Positions 1-8,751 of a DNA stretch of 20,118 nucleotides are shown piece by piece. Position numbers and translations under genes: made by a program. The stretch's first letter is position 1; every line of letters starts with the position of its first letter. Where the stretch lies: NCBI GenBank assembly GCA_964421955.1, contig CAYQYU010000015.1, positions 1 through 20,118 on the forward strand, in the 5' to 3' direction. The DNA is from an uncultured archaeon (GTDB lineage Archaea > Nanohalarchaeota > Nanosalinia > Nanosalinales > Nanosalinaceae). The notes below the pieces were generated by a model. That model was not told the DNA's origin and searched no databases. It saw only the letters and a program-made list of their open reading frames with translations.

Positions 1-171
1 TGCGAGGGCGAGGATTTGAACCCCGGAACCCCTACGGGACAGCGCATCTGATCTTCCAGCTTCTCATCGGAGATGCTGGTATCGAAAACCTGGCGGTTTT
101 CTCAAACCGACACCTCTAACGAGGAATCGGTGTCCTCAACGCTGCGCCTTTGACCACTTGGCTACCCTCGC
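1..171 (-). tRNA. tRNA-Leu(GAG) with an 88-nt intron at 37/38 (intron 46..133)
   Basis: Reverse complement reads GCGAGGGTAGCCAAGTGGTCAAAGGCGCAGCGTT-GAG-G[intron]GCGCTGTCCCGTAGGGGTTCCGGGGTTCAAATCCTCGCCCTCGCA. The spliced product is 83 nt with a long variable arm. Relaxed BHB: TTGA pairs with intron TCAG, bulges GG|A and AT|G. Confidence 0.93.
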
Positions 172-218
172 ATATCTTGATGTGCTTGAGTCGAGAAGAC
201 TGAGTCTTCGACCCTCGC
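164..218. repeat. Duplicated tRNA 5' end (ACCCTCGC at 164-171 and 211-218) flanking an imperfect inverted copy and the hairpin AGAAGAC-TGA-GTCTTCG (194-210)
   Basis: Direct repeat and hairpins read directly from the sequence. Confidence 0.75.
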
Positions 219-246
219 GTTGACTAAAATAAGGGTGAGAAGCTAG

Positions 247-254
247 TTTTTTAA
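247..254 (-). promoter_or_regulatory. Putative TATA box (TTAAAAAA) for tRNA-Leu(GAG)
   Basis: AT-rich box 36 nt upstream of the duplicated tRNA 5' end at 218. Spacing is similar to the box upstream of tRNA-Glu. Confidence 0.45.
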
Positions 255-263
255 CTCCGTTTG

Positions 264-971
264 TTAGGCGGCGGGTTTTCCGTCTCCCGGTCCCACAGTG
301 GCGATACAGCTCTCCGGTTCTGTCATGTTGTCGTAGCCGTGGAACGAGAGATCCGCGCCTCCAAGCTGGCTCCGCAGTTTTTCCGGTGAAAGCTGGTAGG
401 CCCTGTCATCGACTATCTCGTCCCAGAGCGCCTGGCCGGTCTCTTCCTCGAACCCGTACATCCGGTCCCTGTATTCTTCCATGTTTACGCCGTCCTGTTC
501 CATCAATTCTTCAGTTTCCGGAGCAGGAGATCTTTCTATCACGAAGGCGCCGTAGATTCGAGGTGTCAGTCTTGATGCCATGGCCACCCCCTTTCGGTCA
601 GGATCTCCCTCGACGAAGATATCCTTCTGGTTCAAAGTTTCCCGTGGATGGATCGCCTCCGCTTCCATCGCGTTTTCTACGTACGGAAACAGCTGGTCCT
701 GGAAGTCCTGCCAGCATCCCGCGGCTTTCAGCAGACTCCAGGAGTTCTCTCCAGGATAGACTGTTTTTCCGCCAGTCACTCTCTGGGTTTCCGGTACCTC
801 GCCCGTGAGATTTTCTGTGGAGGCCCGGCTGGCAAAGGAAGCGCGGTAATCAGTTATGAGAAGTCCCGATTCCCGATGGGCCATGTACTCCTGGGCCAAT
901 CTCTCGTGACCCGGTTCCTCAACTTCCAGCACAGGGATACTGTCGGTTTCTTCCAGAAGTTTTTCGACCAT
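264..971 (-). CDS. Hypothetical acidic protein (235 aa)
   Basis: Long ORF with the E/D-rich composition typical of this genome, 24 bp downstream of the hydrolase on the same strand. No recognisable motif. Confidence 0.75.
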   Translation of the reverse strand: MVEKLLEETDSIPVLEVEEPGHERLAQEYMAHRESGLLITDYRASFASRASTENLTGEVPETQRVTGGKTVYPGENSWSLLKAAGCWQDFQDQLFPYVENAMEAEAIHPRETLNQKDIFVEGDPDRKGVAMASRLTPRIYGAFVIERSPAPETEELMEQDGVNMEEYRDRMYGFEEETGQALWDEIVDDRAYQLSPEKLRSQLGGADLSFHGYDNMTEPESCIATVGPGDGKPAA

Positions 972-995
972 GAATTTCCTGTTCTTTCCGCTCGT

Positions 996-1751
996 TTATT
1001 TAACTTCAGTCTCCACGAAACACTGGACCAGCTCCGCAACTTTTCCCGGTTCTTCCCAGAGCATTAAATGACCGCAGTCCAGCTCCACAAGCTCTGCGTT
1101 GAGGAGTTCGGCAGTCCCTCTGGATTTTTCCGGTGTTATTGCCCCATCTTTCCCACCCGCTACAACAAGAGAGGGTTTCTCCCAGTTTCCGAACTCTTCC
1201 CTAACATCGAACTCTTTCATGGCCTCCAGCGGGTATCTGAGCTCATCCTCACTGGCATCCAGAAGTTCCTTTTTTGACATCTGCTTGAGCTTTTCATCTT
1301 CTATCTGTCCAGCATAGTTCTTGGAGATTTTTTCAGCCCATTTCTCCCTGCTCATCGAATCCAGGTTTTCGAGGTAATAATCAAAGCTTTCGATCTCAGG
1401 CTCCGGAGTAGATGAAGGGGTCCCGAGCAGGATAAGCCCTCCTATGTTATCGTACTCTGAAGCGTAGGATAGGGCAGTCATTCCCCCGAGAGAGTGACCC
1501 ACAATCACGGGGTCTTCAAGCCCCAGTTCATCTACCAGTTCGTGGAGATGATCGGCTAGGTCAGCTATTGAGAATTTGGAAGATGTAAGACGGCTCTGGT
1601 CGTAGAAAATTCCGGGGTTTTCAAGCTCTAGATAGTTCCTGACCAGGTTCCAGGATTCTCTGGAGCCAAGCCAGCCGTGGATGAAGATTACTGCAGGGCC
1701 TTCACCCTCTTCTATCTCATGTTCATGTACCGATTCTTCGGCCTCCTTCAT
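996..1751 (-). CDS. Alpha/beta-fold hydrolase (~251 aa)
   Basis: IFIHGW oxyanion motif, GHSLGG nucleophile elbow, GGKDG acid residue and CGH catalytic His. Start trimmed to ATG 1751 because the longer ORF overlaps lplB/lplA in antisense. Confidence 0.88.
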   Translation of the reverse strand: MKEAEESVHEHEIEEGEGPAVIFIHGWLGSRESWNLVRNYLELENPGIFYDQSRLTSSKFSIADLADHLHELVDELGLEDPVIVGHSLGGMTALSYASEYDNIGGLILLGTPSSTPEPEIESFDYYLENLDSMSREKWAEKISKNYAGQIEDEKLKQMSKKELLDASEDELRYPLEAMKEFDVREEFGNWEKPSLVVAGGKDGAITPEKSRGTAELLNAELVELDCGHLMLWEEPGKVAELVQCFVETEVK

Positions 1752-1785
1752 AGAATATAAATTCTGAAATACTACTTCATATTTC

Positions 1786-2043
1786 ATGGGAAAGGCTTCT
1801 GTAAAGGTTGAAGGAGGGAAGCTGGTGAGTGTCAAAGTAGATGACGCAGAAGTTTCTGTTACTGGCGACTTCTTTATTGAGCCTCCGGAGGCGCGCAAGG
1901 AGATTGAGGCCGTACTGGAAAAGCTCGATGAAAACGTCTCAGGGGAGAAGATAACCGAGGCAGTTCTTGATGTAGATGCCGATCTTATAGGTTTCTCGGC
2001 GGAGCACGTTGCAGAAGCATTCATGGAGGCGCGGAAACAGTGA
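1786..2043 (+). CDS. lplB: Lipoate-protein ligase accessory (C-terminal) domain, stand-alone subunit
   Basis: KVEGGKLV..V.VTGDFFIEP pattern typical of the LplA C-terminal domain. GTGA overlap with the downstream catalytic subunit. Confidence 0.85.
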   Translation: MGKASVKVEGGKLVSVKVDDAEVSVTGDFFIEPPEARKEIEAVLEKLDENVSGEKITEAVLDVDADLIGFSAEHVAEAFMEARKQ

Positions 2044-2789
2044 AGTGGAGAATAATTAATGAGGGCGAATACAGCGAGGCGATGCACCACGCGATCGACC
2101 AGGTGCTTCTCGAAAAACTGGATGAGGGAGAGATTTCTCCAACTTTGAGGTTCTGGTACCGGCCGCACACCTCGATTCCGATGGGTCGTTTCCAGGCATA
2201 TCATGATGAGGTCGAGCATGACTACATCGAGGAAAACGATATCGAGGTCGTCAGGAGGATCACCGGGGGTGGTGCGATGTTCTCAGAGCCGGGAAACGTT
2301 ATCACGTACTCTATCTACATCCCGCGTGACCAGGTAAACCCGGATATCGAGGAGAGCTACCAGGAGCTAGATGGATTTGCGGTCAGGGCCCTGGAAGAGC
2401 TCGGGGTTGACGTGGAATACAGGCCCCTGAACGATATCGAACACGAGGACGGAAAGATCGGCGGGGCGGCCCAGATCAGGAAGGATAACGCAGTACTTCA
2501 CCACACCATGATGAGCTATGATCTAAATACCCGCAGGATGCTCAAGGCCCTGAGGATTGGGAAAAAGAAAGTCTCGGACAAGGCTATAAAGTCCGCAGAG
2601 AAACGGGTCTCCAGGATATCAGACCATATTGACCGTTCGCGTGAAGGAGTGGTCCAGTCCCTGATAGAAAGTTTTGTCGAAGAACATGGAGAAGCGGAAG
2701 AAGGCCAGCTAACCGATGAGGAGCTTGAAGAAGCCCGGGAGCTTGCCGAGAGAAAGTTTTCCAGCGAAGATTGGAACAGGAAGCTGTAG
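2040..2789 (+). CDS. lplA: Lipoate-protein ligase A, catalytic subunit
   Basis: PTLRFW, GRFQ, VVRRITGGGAMF, NDI and KIGGAAQ motifs of the BPL/LplA/LipB family. Confidence 0.93.
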   Translation: MKWRIINEGEYSEAMHHAIDQVLLEKLDEGEISPTLRFWYRPHTSIPMGRFQAYHDEVEHDYIEENDIEVVRRITGGGAMFSEPGNVITYSIYIPRDQVNPDIEESYQELDGFAVRALEELGVDVEYRPLNDIEHEDGKIGGAAQIRKDNAVLHHTMMSYDLNTRRMLKALRIGKKKVSDKAIKSAEKRVSRISDHIDRSREGVVQSLIESFVEEHGEAEEGQLTDEELEEARELAERKFSSEDWNRKL

Positions 2790-2790
2790 T

Positions 2791-3309
2791 TCAGTAATCA
2801 GGATTCTTCTCTTCCACGTTTTCTAGATAGTTCTCGTGTCGCGCCATCAGGAAGAACAGGTCGCTCAAACGGTTGATGTAGGTCAGGACCTCCGGCCGAA
2901 TATATTTCTCGTTTCTCAACGCCGCTATTCTCCTTTCAGCCCTCCGGGTCACTGAACGGGCTAAGTGTAGGAACGAGGCTACTTCTACGCCGCCCGCAAT
3001 TATGAAATTCCGCTGTGGAGGTATTTCCTTCTGGATTTCGTCGCAGCGTTCCTCAAGCCGTTCTACATCCTCGGCTGTAATTTTATGCTCGGAGTTCATG
3101 TCGGCGAGCTCGGCCTGGAGAATGTGTAGCTCGTTCTGTATTTCCTCTATTGCGTCCCGCTTCCTGTCCGACTTTGAGGCTACGACTCCGAGAAGAGAGT
3201 TGAGTTCGTCCACGGTCCCGTATGCTTCAAGTCTGTCCGAGTCCTTGGGTACGCTTTCGCCCGATCCGAGATCGGTTTCACCCCTGTCTCCTCGGCCAGT
3301 ATAGACCAT
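2791..3309 (-). CDS. pduO: ATP:cob(I)alamin adenosyltransferase, PduO type
   Basis: YTGRGDRGET, AYGTVDELNS, ARSVTRRAER and YINRLSDLFF motifs. Confidence 0.93.
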   Translation of the reverse strand: MVYTGRGDRGETDLGSGESVPKDSDRLEAYGTVDELNSLLGVVASKSDRKRDAIEEIQNELHILQAELADMNSEHKITAEDVERLEERCDEIQKEIPPQRNFIIAGGVEVASFLHLARSVTRRAERRIAALRNEKYIRPEVLTYINRLSDLFFLMARHENYLENVEEKNPDY

Positions 3310-3399
3310 ACAGTTGTTCAGTATCCGAAATTTTAATTAGTGATGTCTGCTCGAACTGTCGATACTTATGAAAGCTTGATTGCATTAAATCAAAGCTAG

Positions 3400-4521
3400 A
3401 TGAAGCTATTCGAGTGCGAGGCCAAGGAGCTGCTGCGCGGCTACGGCCTTGATATCCCGGGAGTGAACGGCGAAGAGTTCGTCGTGAAGGCACAGGTACT
3501 GATGAAGAACAGGAAACAGCATGGCGGCATAGAATTCGCCTCCAGCCTTGAGGAAGCGGAGGAAGTCGCTGGAGATATGCGGTCAGGAAAAGTGAACGGC
3601 CACGATGTCGAGAAGGTTATAATTGAGGAAAAGATCGATTACTCGGAAGAGTACTACGTCGCGCTGATATACGATACTGACGTTAGAGCCCCGGTGATGC
3701 TGTTCTCAGGCGACGGTGGAACTGGTATAGAAGATCGAGAGGTCGAGAAGCTGGTTCTGGAGAACCTGGAGCAGTGGAGAATCAGGCAGTTCCTGAAGCA
3801 GAACGGAGTTGACAGTAAAGAGCTGAACTCTCTCGGACCAGTCCTGGAGAAAGCCGCCCGGTGCTTCTTTGAGGAGGACGCCAGAATGCTGGAGATAAAC
3901 CCTCTGGTGAAGAATGAGAACGGTTACATGGTGCTCGATGCGATGATCGATCTTGAGGAGGACGCATCCTACCGCCACAGCTGGAGCTATCCTGAAAGGT
4001 CGGAGTTCGGCCGGGAAAAGACCGAAAGAGAGAGGATGGCTGAAAAGATTGACGAGAATGACCACCAGGGAATTGCGGGCAAATACACCGAGCTTGACGG
4101 GGATATTGCGATGATGCTCGCAGGCGGCGGCGCCTCCCTGGCCAACATGGACGCTTTGATGTCCTACGGGGGTAGACCTGCGAACTACACCGAGTACGGC
4201 GGGAACCCGCCGACAGAGAAAGTTTACAGGTTGTCAAAGATAGTTCTCGGGAAGCCAGGCCTGGAAGGGTGCTGGCACGTGGGCGGAACCGCGAACAACA
4301 CGGATATCTACAGGACGATGAAAGGCTTCTGCCAGGCCCTTGAAGAAATTGAACCCGATTACCCGATCGTGGTCAGGAGGGATGGTCCGAACGCGGATAG
4401 AGCATTCGAGCTCCTGAGGGAGACCAGGGAGAAGCTCGGCCTCGACATGAAACTTTTCCGGAATGATACCCCGATGACTCAAACTGCCAGAGTGCTAACG
4501 AGGATGATTGAGGATGATTGA
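3400..4521 (+). CDS. ATP-citrate lyase beta-like / citryl-CoA synthetase large subunit (ATP-grasp plus citrate-binding domain)
   Basis: KLFECEAKELL, VVKAQV and LEINPL (SCS-beta/ATP-grasp), plus ACL-type AGGGAS, ANYTEYGGNP, GGTANNTD and VRRDGPN motifs. Confidence 0.88.
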   Translation: MKLFECEAKELLRGYGLDIPGVNGEEFVVKAQVLMKNRKQHGGIEFASSLEEAEEVAGDMRSGKVNGHDVEKVIIEEKIDYSEEYYVALIYDTDVRAPVMLFSGDGGTGIEDREVEKLVLENLEQWRIRQFLKQNGVDSKELNSLGPVLEKAARCFFEEDARMLEINPLVKNENGYMVLDAMIDLEEDASYRHSWSYPERSEFGREKTERERMAEKIDENDHQGIAGKYTELDGDIAMMLAGGGASLANMDALMSYGGRPANYTEYGGNPPTEKVYRLSKIVLGKPGLEGCWHVGGTANNTDIYRTMKGFCQALEEIEPDYPIVVRRDGPNADRAFELLRETREKLGLDMKLFRNDTPMTQTARVLTRMIEDD

Positions 4522-5179
4522 GGCCAGAACACCGGTTTTTGACATAGGCGACACTTTGCTGCCGGATGACCGGCTGATGAACGAGGCCGTCGAGCAGGTC
4601 CTGATGGAACAGGGGTATTCACAGGAGGATGTTCCGAAGTTCCCGATCTACAGCTACAATATATTTAAACTGCAGGAGGTGCAGGACTTCCTGATGTCGA
4701 ACAACCTTAAAGCGAACCCTGCAGAGATTGTGGAGGCTTACAAGAAAAATGCCCGGGAATTCTTCGCGGCAAGCGATATTCCAGAGGTTCTCATCCGGTG
4801 TAACTCGGAGATAGGGACCATCGGCTTCATCAGCGACAACTCGGTCGAGGAAAAAGAGTTCATAGAAGAGGTCTTGAGACAGCACTACATCGACTATGAG
4901 GGCTACGTGGTCTCGGAGACGGTCGGGCACGAGAAACCTTCTCAGGAAATATTCCGTGCCTTCCTCGATATAAGGGACGAGAGGGGAGAAAACTTCGCCT
5001 ACTTTGGAAACAACGCCCGGGTTGACCAGGGCTGCGAAAAGGTCGGCATGGAGTTTGTATGGGTGAAGCAGTTCAACACATTCGGCTCCAGCTGGGACGG
5101 CAAAAAGATCGAGGAACTCAGCTTTGAAAACGTGAAGGAACAGGTGATGGAGGAGAAGCATGAGCATACTCATAGATGA
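4514..5179 (+). CDS. HAD-superfamily hydrolase
   Basis: Motif I FDIGDTL, motif II ISD, motif [12 protein letters not shown] and motif IV-like [12 protein letters not shown] 4514 follows GAGG and overlaps the upstream stop. Confidence 0.82.
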   Translation: MIEARTPVFDIGDTLLPDDRLMNEAVEQVLMEQGYSQEDVPKFPIYSYNIFKLQEVQDFLMSNNLKANPAEIVEAYKKNAREFFAASDIPEVLIRCNSEIGTIGFISDNSVEEKEFIEEVLRQHYIDYEGYVVSETVGHEKPSQEIFRAFLDIRDERGENFAYFGNNARVDQGCEKVGMEFVWVKQFNTFGSSWDGKKIEELSFENVKEQVMEEKHEHTHR

Positions 5180-6050
5180 GGACACTCGCGTCCTTGTGCA
5201 GGGAATAACAGGTCGAGAGGCCTCGGAGAAAGTTCCTGAGATGATGGAGTACGGGACAGAGATAGTAGCGGGAGTAACACCCGGGAAAGGCGGGCAGGAG
5301 GTCTCGGGCGTCCCGGTCTACGACACCGTTGAAGAGGCTATTGAAGAACACCCTGAGATTAATGCATCGGTAGTCTACGTTCCGAACTTTGCCGCGAAAG
5401 ACGCCGCATTTGAGGCACTGGAAAACGATATACCGCTGATCAATATCGTAACGGAGAGAATACCTGTGAAGGACGCATGGAAGATAAAGGAAAAGGCGGA
5501 TGAGAAGGATGCCCGGGTCGTGGGCCCGACCTCAGTTGGGATAATATCTCCCGGGAAATCAAAGCTCGGGCCAATAGGAGGGAACGAGCCCGGAAAAGTC
5601 TACGAGCCGGGCAAAGTCGGTATAGTTTCGAAAAGCGGCGGAATGACAACCGAGACCGCGTGGGTTGTTAGGCAGGCGGGTTACGGAGTTTCCACAGCCA
5701 CGGGTCTTGGAGGCGACGTAATCGCTGGCACAACATTTGAAGATGCACTGGAACTTTTCGAGGAGGACGATCAGACGGAGGTGGTCGTGATGTTCGGAGA
5801 ACTCGGAGGTACCTACGAAGAGAGAGCCGCCGAGGCTCTTGAGCGCGGAGATTTCACGAAACCTCTCGTAGCTTTCATCGCAGGAAAGTTCACAGAAGAA
5901 CTTCCGGAGAAGAAGTACGGTCACGCCGGAGCAATCATCCGCGGGAACAGAGGTACTCCTTCAGGAAAAGTTAAAGCTCTCCAGGACGCAGGAGCTCATG
6001 TGGTAGACGTGCATCACGAGATAGGCGAGAAGCTGGAGGAGGTTCTCTAG
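5160..6050 (+). CDS. Succinyl-CoA synthetase alpha-like subunit (citryl-CoA synthetase small subunit)
   Basis: VLVQGITG CoA-binding motif, [18 protein letters not shown] and phospho-His motif GHAGA. GGAGG ribosome-binding site upstream. Confidence 0.92.
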   Translation: MSILIDEDTRVLVQGITGREASEKVPEMMEYGTEIVAGVTPGKGGQEVSGVPVYDTVEEAIEEHPEINASVVYVPNFAAKDAAFEALENDIPLINIVTERIPVKDAWKIKEKADEKDARVVGPTSVGIISPGKSKLGPIGGNEPGKVYEPGKVGIVSKSGGMTTETAWVVRQAGYGVSTATGLGGDVIAGTTFEDALELFEEDDQTEVVVMFGELGGTYEERAAEALERGDFTKPLVAFIAGKFTEELPEKKYGHAGAIIRGNRGTPSGKVKALQDAGAHVVDVHHEIGEKLEEVL

Positions 6051-6073
6051 TGGCGACGGCTTCATCGAGGAGA

Positions 6074-6499
6074 ATGGTGAGCGAGTCGGAGGAGGACCCG
6101 ATAGTGAGCCGCGCCTTTATAGATTCTAAAGAAGTAAACGGGGAGACAGTTCCCGGCCTGGACCCGTTTGTCGCGTATGAACATGCCTCTCGAAGAGAGG
6201 AGAGAGGAGAGGATCTGGAGTATGAGGTCACAGAAAATGGAGGTATAAGAATCTTCTACGGTCCAGACTACCTGGATGACGATCCAACCCAGGAAAGCTG
6301 GAGTTTCAGTATAAAGATTGAAGTCATGGATGATCAAGACAATGATTTCGACAGTAAGTATTCTTACGTTGAAGTTCGTTACAATCCAAAGATTGAGGAT
6401 CATAATGATGGAGACATGATATGGGAGAATATCGTTGACACGCTTGAAGACAGGACTGTCAGGTATCACAGGGAGATAAAGGGTGGACTCCATGACTGA
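6074..6499 (+). CDS. Hypothetical acidic protein (~141 aa)
   Basis: ORF fills the gap between the SCS-alpha-like gene and the lyase. ATG 6074 follows GAGGAG (alternative GTG at 6050). Visibly more AT-rich than its neighbours. Confidence 0.7.
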   Translation: MVSESEEDPIVSRAFIDSKEVNGETVPGLDPFVAYEHASRREERGEDLEYEVTENGGIRIFYGPDYLDDDPTQESWSFSIKIEVMDDQDNDFDSKYSYVEVRYNPKIEDHNDGDMIWENIVDTLEDRTVRYHREIKGGLHD

Positions 6500-7193
6500 C
6501 TGGGAGACATCGATCTCTTCAAGCGGAGAGGACGCAGTAGTTAGAGGCCGACCTCTTGAAGAAGTCATGGAGATGGAGTTCGCGGAAGCGATCTGGCTCT
6601 TACTGAAGGGCGAAGAACCCTCGGAGAAGGAGTCGGAGATGTTCAACACGATACTTTCGATTTCAATCGACCACGGCGTGGGCAACCCCTCAACGGTCGC
6701 GGCAAGAACTGTCCAGAGCGGCGGAAACTCGATGAATTCCAGCGTTGCGGCAGGAATCCTTGCGCTAGGTGACAAACACGGAGGCGCGATTGAAGACGCG
6801 ATGGAGATACTTCAGTCGGAAAAAGATGCGGAAACGATAGTTGAAGAATATCTTGAAAGTGGTGAGAAAATTCCTGGTCTCGGTCACAAGGTATATGATG
6901 AAGAGGATCCGCGTGCCGGGAAGATTTTCTCGAAGGCAGGAGAGCTCGGCCTTGCAGGAGACGCGGTGGAGAAGATGAAGTCGGTGGCCGAGGAGTTCGC
7001 GGAGAGAAAGGTTGATCTAGTGATCAACGTCGACGGAGCTACCGCCGCGGTCATGAGTGATCTCGGATGGGATTACAGGCTCGGGAAGGGTGTATTCATA
7101 GTCGCCAGGGCACCAGGTCTAGTGGCACACGTCCGTGAAGAGATGGAAAGGGAAGATTTCCGCCGCGATAACGGTGAATACACGGGAGAATAA
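6492..7193 (+). CDS. ccl: Citryl-CoA lyase (short citrate-synthase-fold protein)
   Basis: W.TSIS N-terminus, DHG..NPS..AAR, HGGA, IPGLGHK..DPRA and NVDG motifs. About 233 aa, lacking the large citrate synthase insertions. ATG 6492 follows GGTGG. Confidence 0.88.
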   Translation: MTDWETSISSSGEDAVVRGRPLEEVMEMEFAEAIWLLLKGEEPSEKESEMFNTILSISIDHGVGNPSTVAARTVQSGGNSMNSSVAAGILALGDKHGGAIEDAMEILQSEKDAETIVEEYLESGEKIPGLGHKVYDEEDPRAGKIFSKAGELGLAGDAVEKMKSVAEEFAERKVDLVINVDGATAAVMSDLGWDYRLGKGVFIVARAPGLVAHVREEMEREDFRRDNGEYTGE

Positions 7194-7195
7194 TT

Positions 7196-7693
7196 TTATT
7201 CAAGAGATTTCCTGATCTTTTTGACCTCGTCAAGAATCTCTACCATCAGTTCCCTCTTCGATCTTGTTTCGTCTTTATCCGAATGGATGCGCCGGTTGAT
7301 CAGCTCCTGGACTTCCCGGGGATTCTCGATGCTGTTGAAGCTCATCTCGATCCCTGAGCCTCCCGCGGTCGAGATGTCAACGTCGCCGTAGCCGAAGTAG
7401 TTGCCGAGCACGCCCTGGCTGAAAGAGATGTTCTGGATCTTCTCGAAACCTATCTTCTGGACCTCCCGGGACAGGACTCCTGTTTTCCTGTAGATTCCCT
7501 GGTTGGTGACCACGAAATCGGTGTTCTTGATCTGGAGATATGCTGCGACCATTATCAGAATTCCGACCCCCGCGAAAGGTAGAAGCATCACACCTATCAC
7601 GATGGCAGGGATGATGCTGACAATCCGGGGCTTTCCTGACCATTCTATGCTTTCGCCTTCTTCGAGCGAGACCCAGTCAAACTCCTGCGCCAT
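7196..7693 (-). CDS. Membrane protein with a bacterial PH domain (bPH_2-like)
   Basis: LEEGESIEWSGKP, hydrophobic hairpin, FVVTNQ.IY.KTG, KIQNISFSQG..G..FGYGDV.ISTAG. Confidence 0.85.
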   Translation of the reverse strand: MAQEFDWVSLEEGESIEWSGKPRIVSIIPAIVIGVMLLPFAGVGILIMVAAYLQIKNTDFVVTNQGIYRKTGVLSREVQKIGFEKIQNISFSQGVLGNYFGYGDVDISTAGGSGIEMSFNSIENPREVQELINRRIHSDKDETRSKRELMVEILDEVKKIRKSLE

Positions 7694-7753
7694 GAAAACA
7701 ATTTGGTAGGCAGGAATTTAATCTTTAGGATAGCTGGGTTGCAGAAAAAGCTT

Positions 7754-8413
7754 CTAGAGCTGCTGCTGTTTACTGGCGATCTGGGCTGGGCCTGCCTTGG
7801 CGCCGAACCCTGCGCTTAAAACCTTTGTGAGGGCGTCTGCAACTGATTCATCTGTCTGGTGTATCCACTGGTCCTCGATCTCGACCACGAAACCCGAAGT
7901 TATGTTGGGTGAGGTGGGCACAAAAACCAGGTTCTTGCCATCCTCATTTATGTTGCCGGTCTTGAAACCGGTAATTTCCATCTTCCCCATCTTGATCTTT
8001 ACCGGCTTGCCAAAGTCTTCTGTATCCCCGAGCACGGTATCTGCTGTTATCTTCGAGGTCTTGTAGACTGAACGCAACAGAGGGATGCTCTGGAAGACTC
8101 TGTCGATCATTTTCTCGATTTTGAGACCTCTCCGGGTTTCCAGGAAGTTGCCGAGACCTGTCACGAAGAAAACCCCTATCACGGACAGAACGGCGATTTT
8201 GATAGCCTGATTGATATGGAAGTAAGGCGTGATCTCCAGTATCTGGGTCCCTGGTATTGTGGCGGCCATGTTCAGCATCCAGTTCACCATAATGAGGGTC
8301 ACAAATATTGGTATAAGCACCACCAGCCCTTTTGTGGCCGAATGCTTACCGTTCTCAAGAAAACTGGTTGTATTTCCAGGCCTGTATGTCCCTGTCTTTG
8401 AATCATCTGACAT
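7754..8413 (-). CDS. DUF502-family membrane protein
   Basis: GLVVLIPIFVT, IPLLRSVY and VFVPTSPNITSGF motifs, C-terminal VLSAG. Confidence 0.88.
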   Translation of the reverse strand: MSDDSKTGTYRPGNTTSFLENGKHSATKGLVVLIPIFVTLIMVNWMLNMAATIPGTQILEITPYFHINQAIKIAVLSVIGVFFVTGLGNFLETRRGLKIEKMIDRVFQSIPLLRSVYKTSKITADTVLGDTEDFGKPVKIKMGKMEITGFKTGNINEDGKNLVFVPTSPNITSGFVVEIEDQWIHQTDESVADALTKVLSAGFGAKAGPAQIASKQQQL

Positions 8414-8751
8414 AACGCCCTACCGTGAGAAAATTCTCTGTATCTGGTTAAAATAATCCTTACACAGGAATAAAGCTGCAGAACAGCTTTTGGAGTACCA
8501 AAAGGGAAAAAGAGACTTTTTTATGGCATCTGAAACCGCTTTGAGCGGCTTTGAGCCGCACTGGTTATAAAAATAGGTCCGTTGACTTATACATGTTAAA
8601 ATAGACTTTCAAATGTGTAAGGGTGTATCAAAGTGCTTTTTTTGGTCTATAAACTTCTTTAAGTAGGAAATAACCTAAATAAAGGTTTAAGCGTTCATCT
8701 ATAGTGCTGAACTACCTAAAAACCGCATATAGATTTCACGAGGTGATCACT

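Noticed and set aside
1752-2219. N-terminal extension of the 407-aa hydrolase ORF (likewise the extensions at 13023-13160, 14287-14355, 18658-18684 and 19692-19754)
   Set aside because: These extensions overlap other genes or hairpin inserts and precede the recognisable domain starts.
3400-6050. Annotation as ordinary succinyl-CoA synthetase sucCD
   Set aside because: The large subunit carries ACL-type citrate-binding motifs and a citryl-CoA lyase is in the same operon.
8414-8751. AT-rich gap as a replication origin or ncRNA
   Set aside because: No ORB-like repeats or adjacent cdc6/orc1 gene. Divergent promoters explain it adequately.
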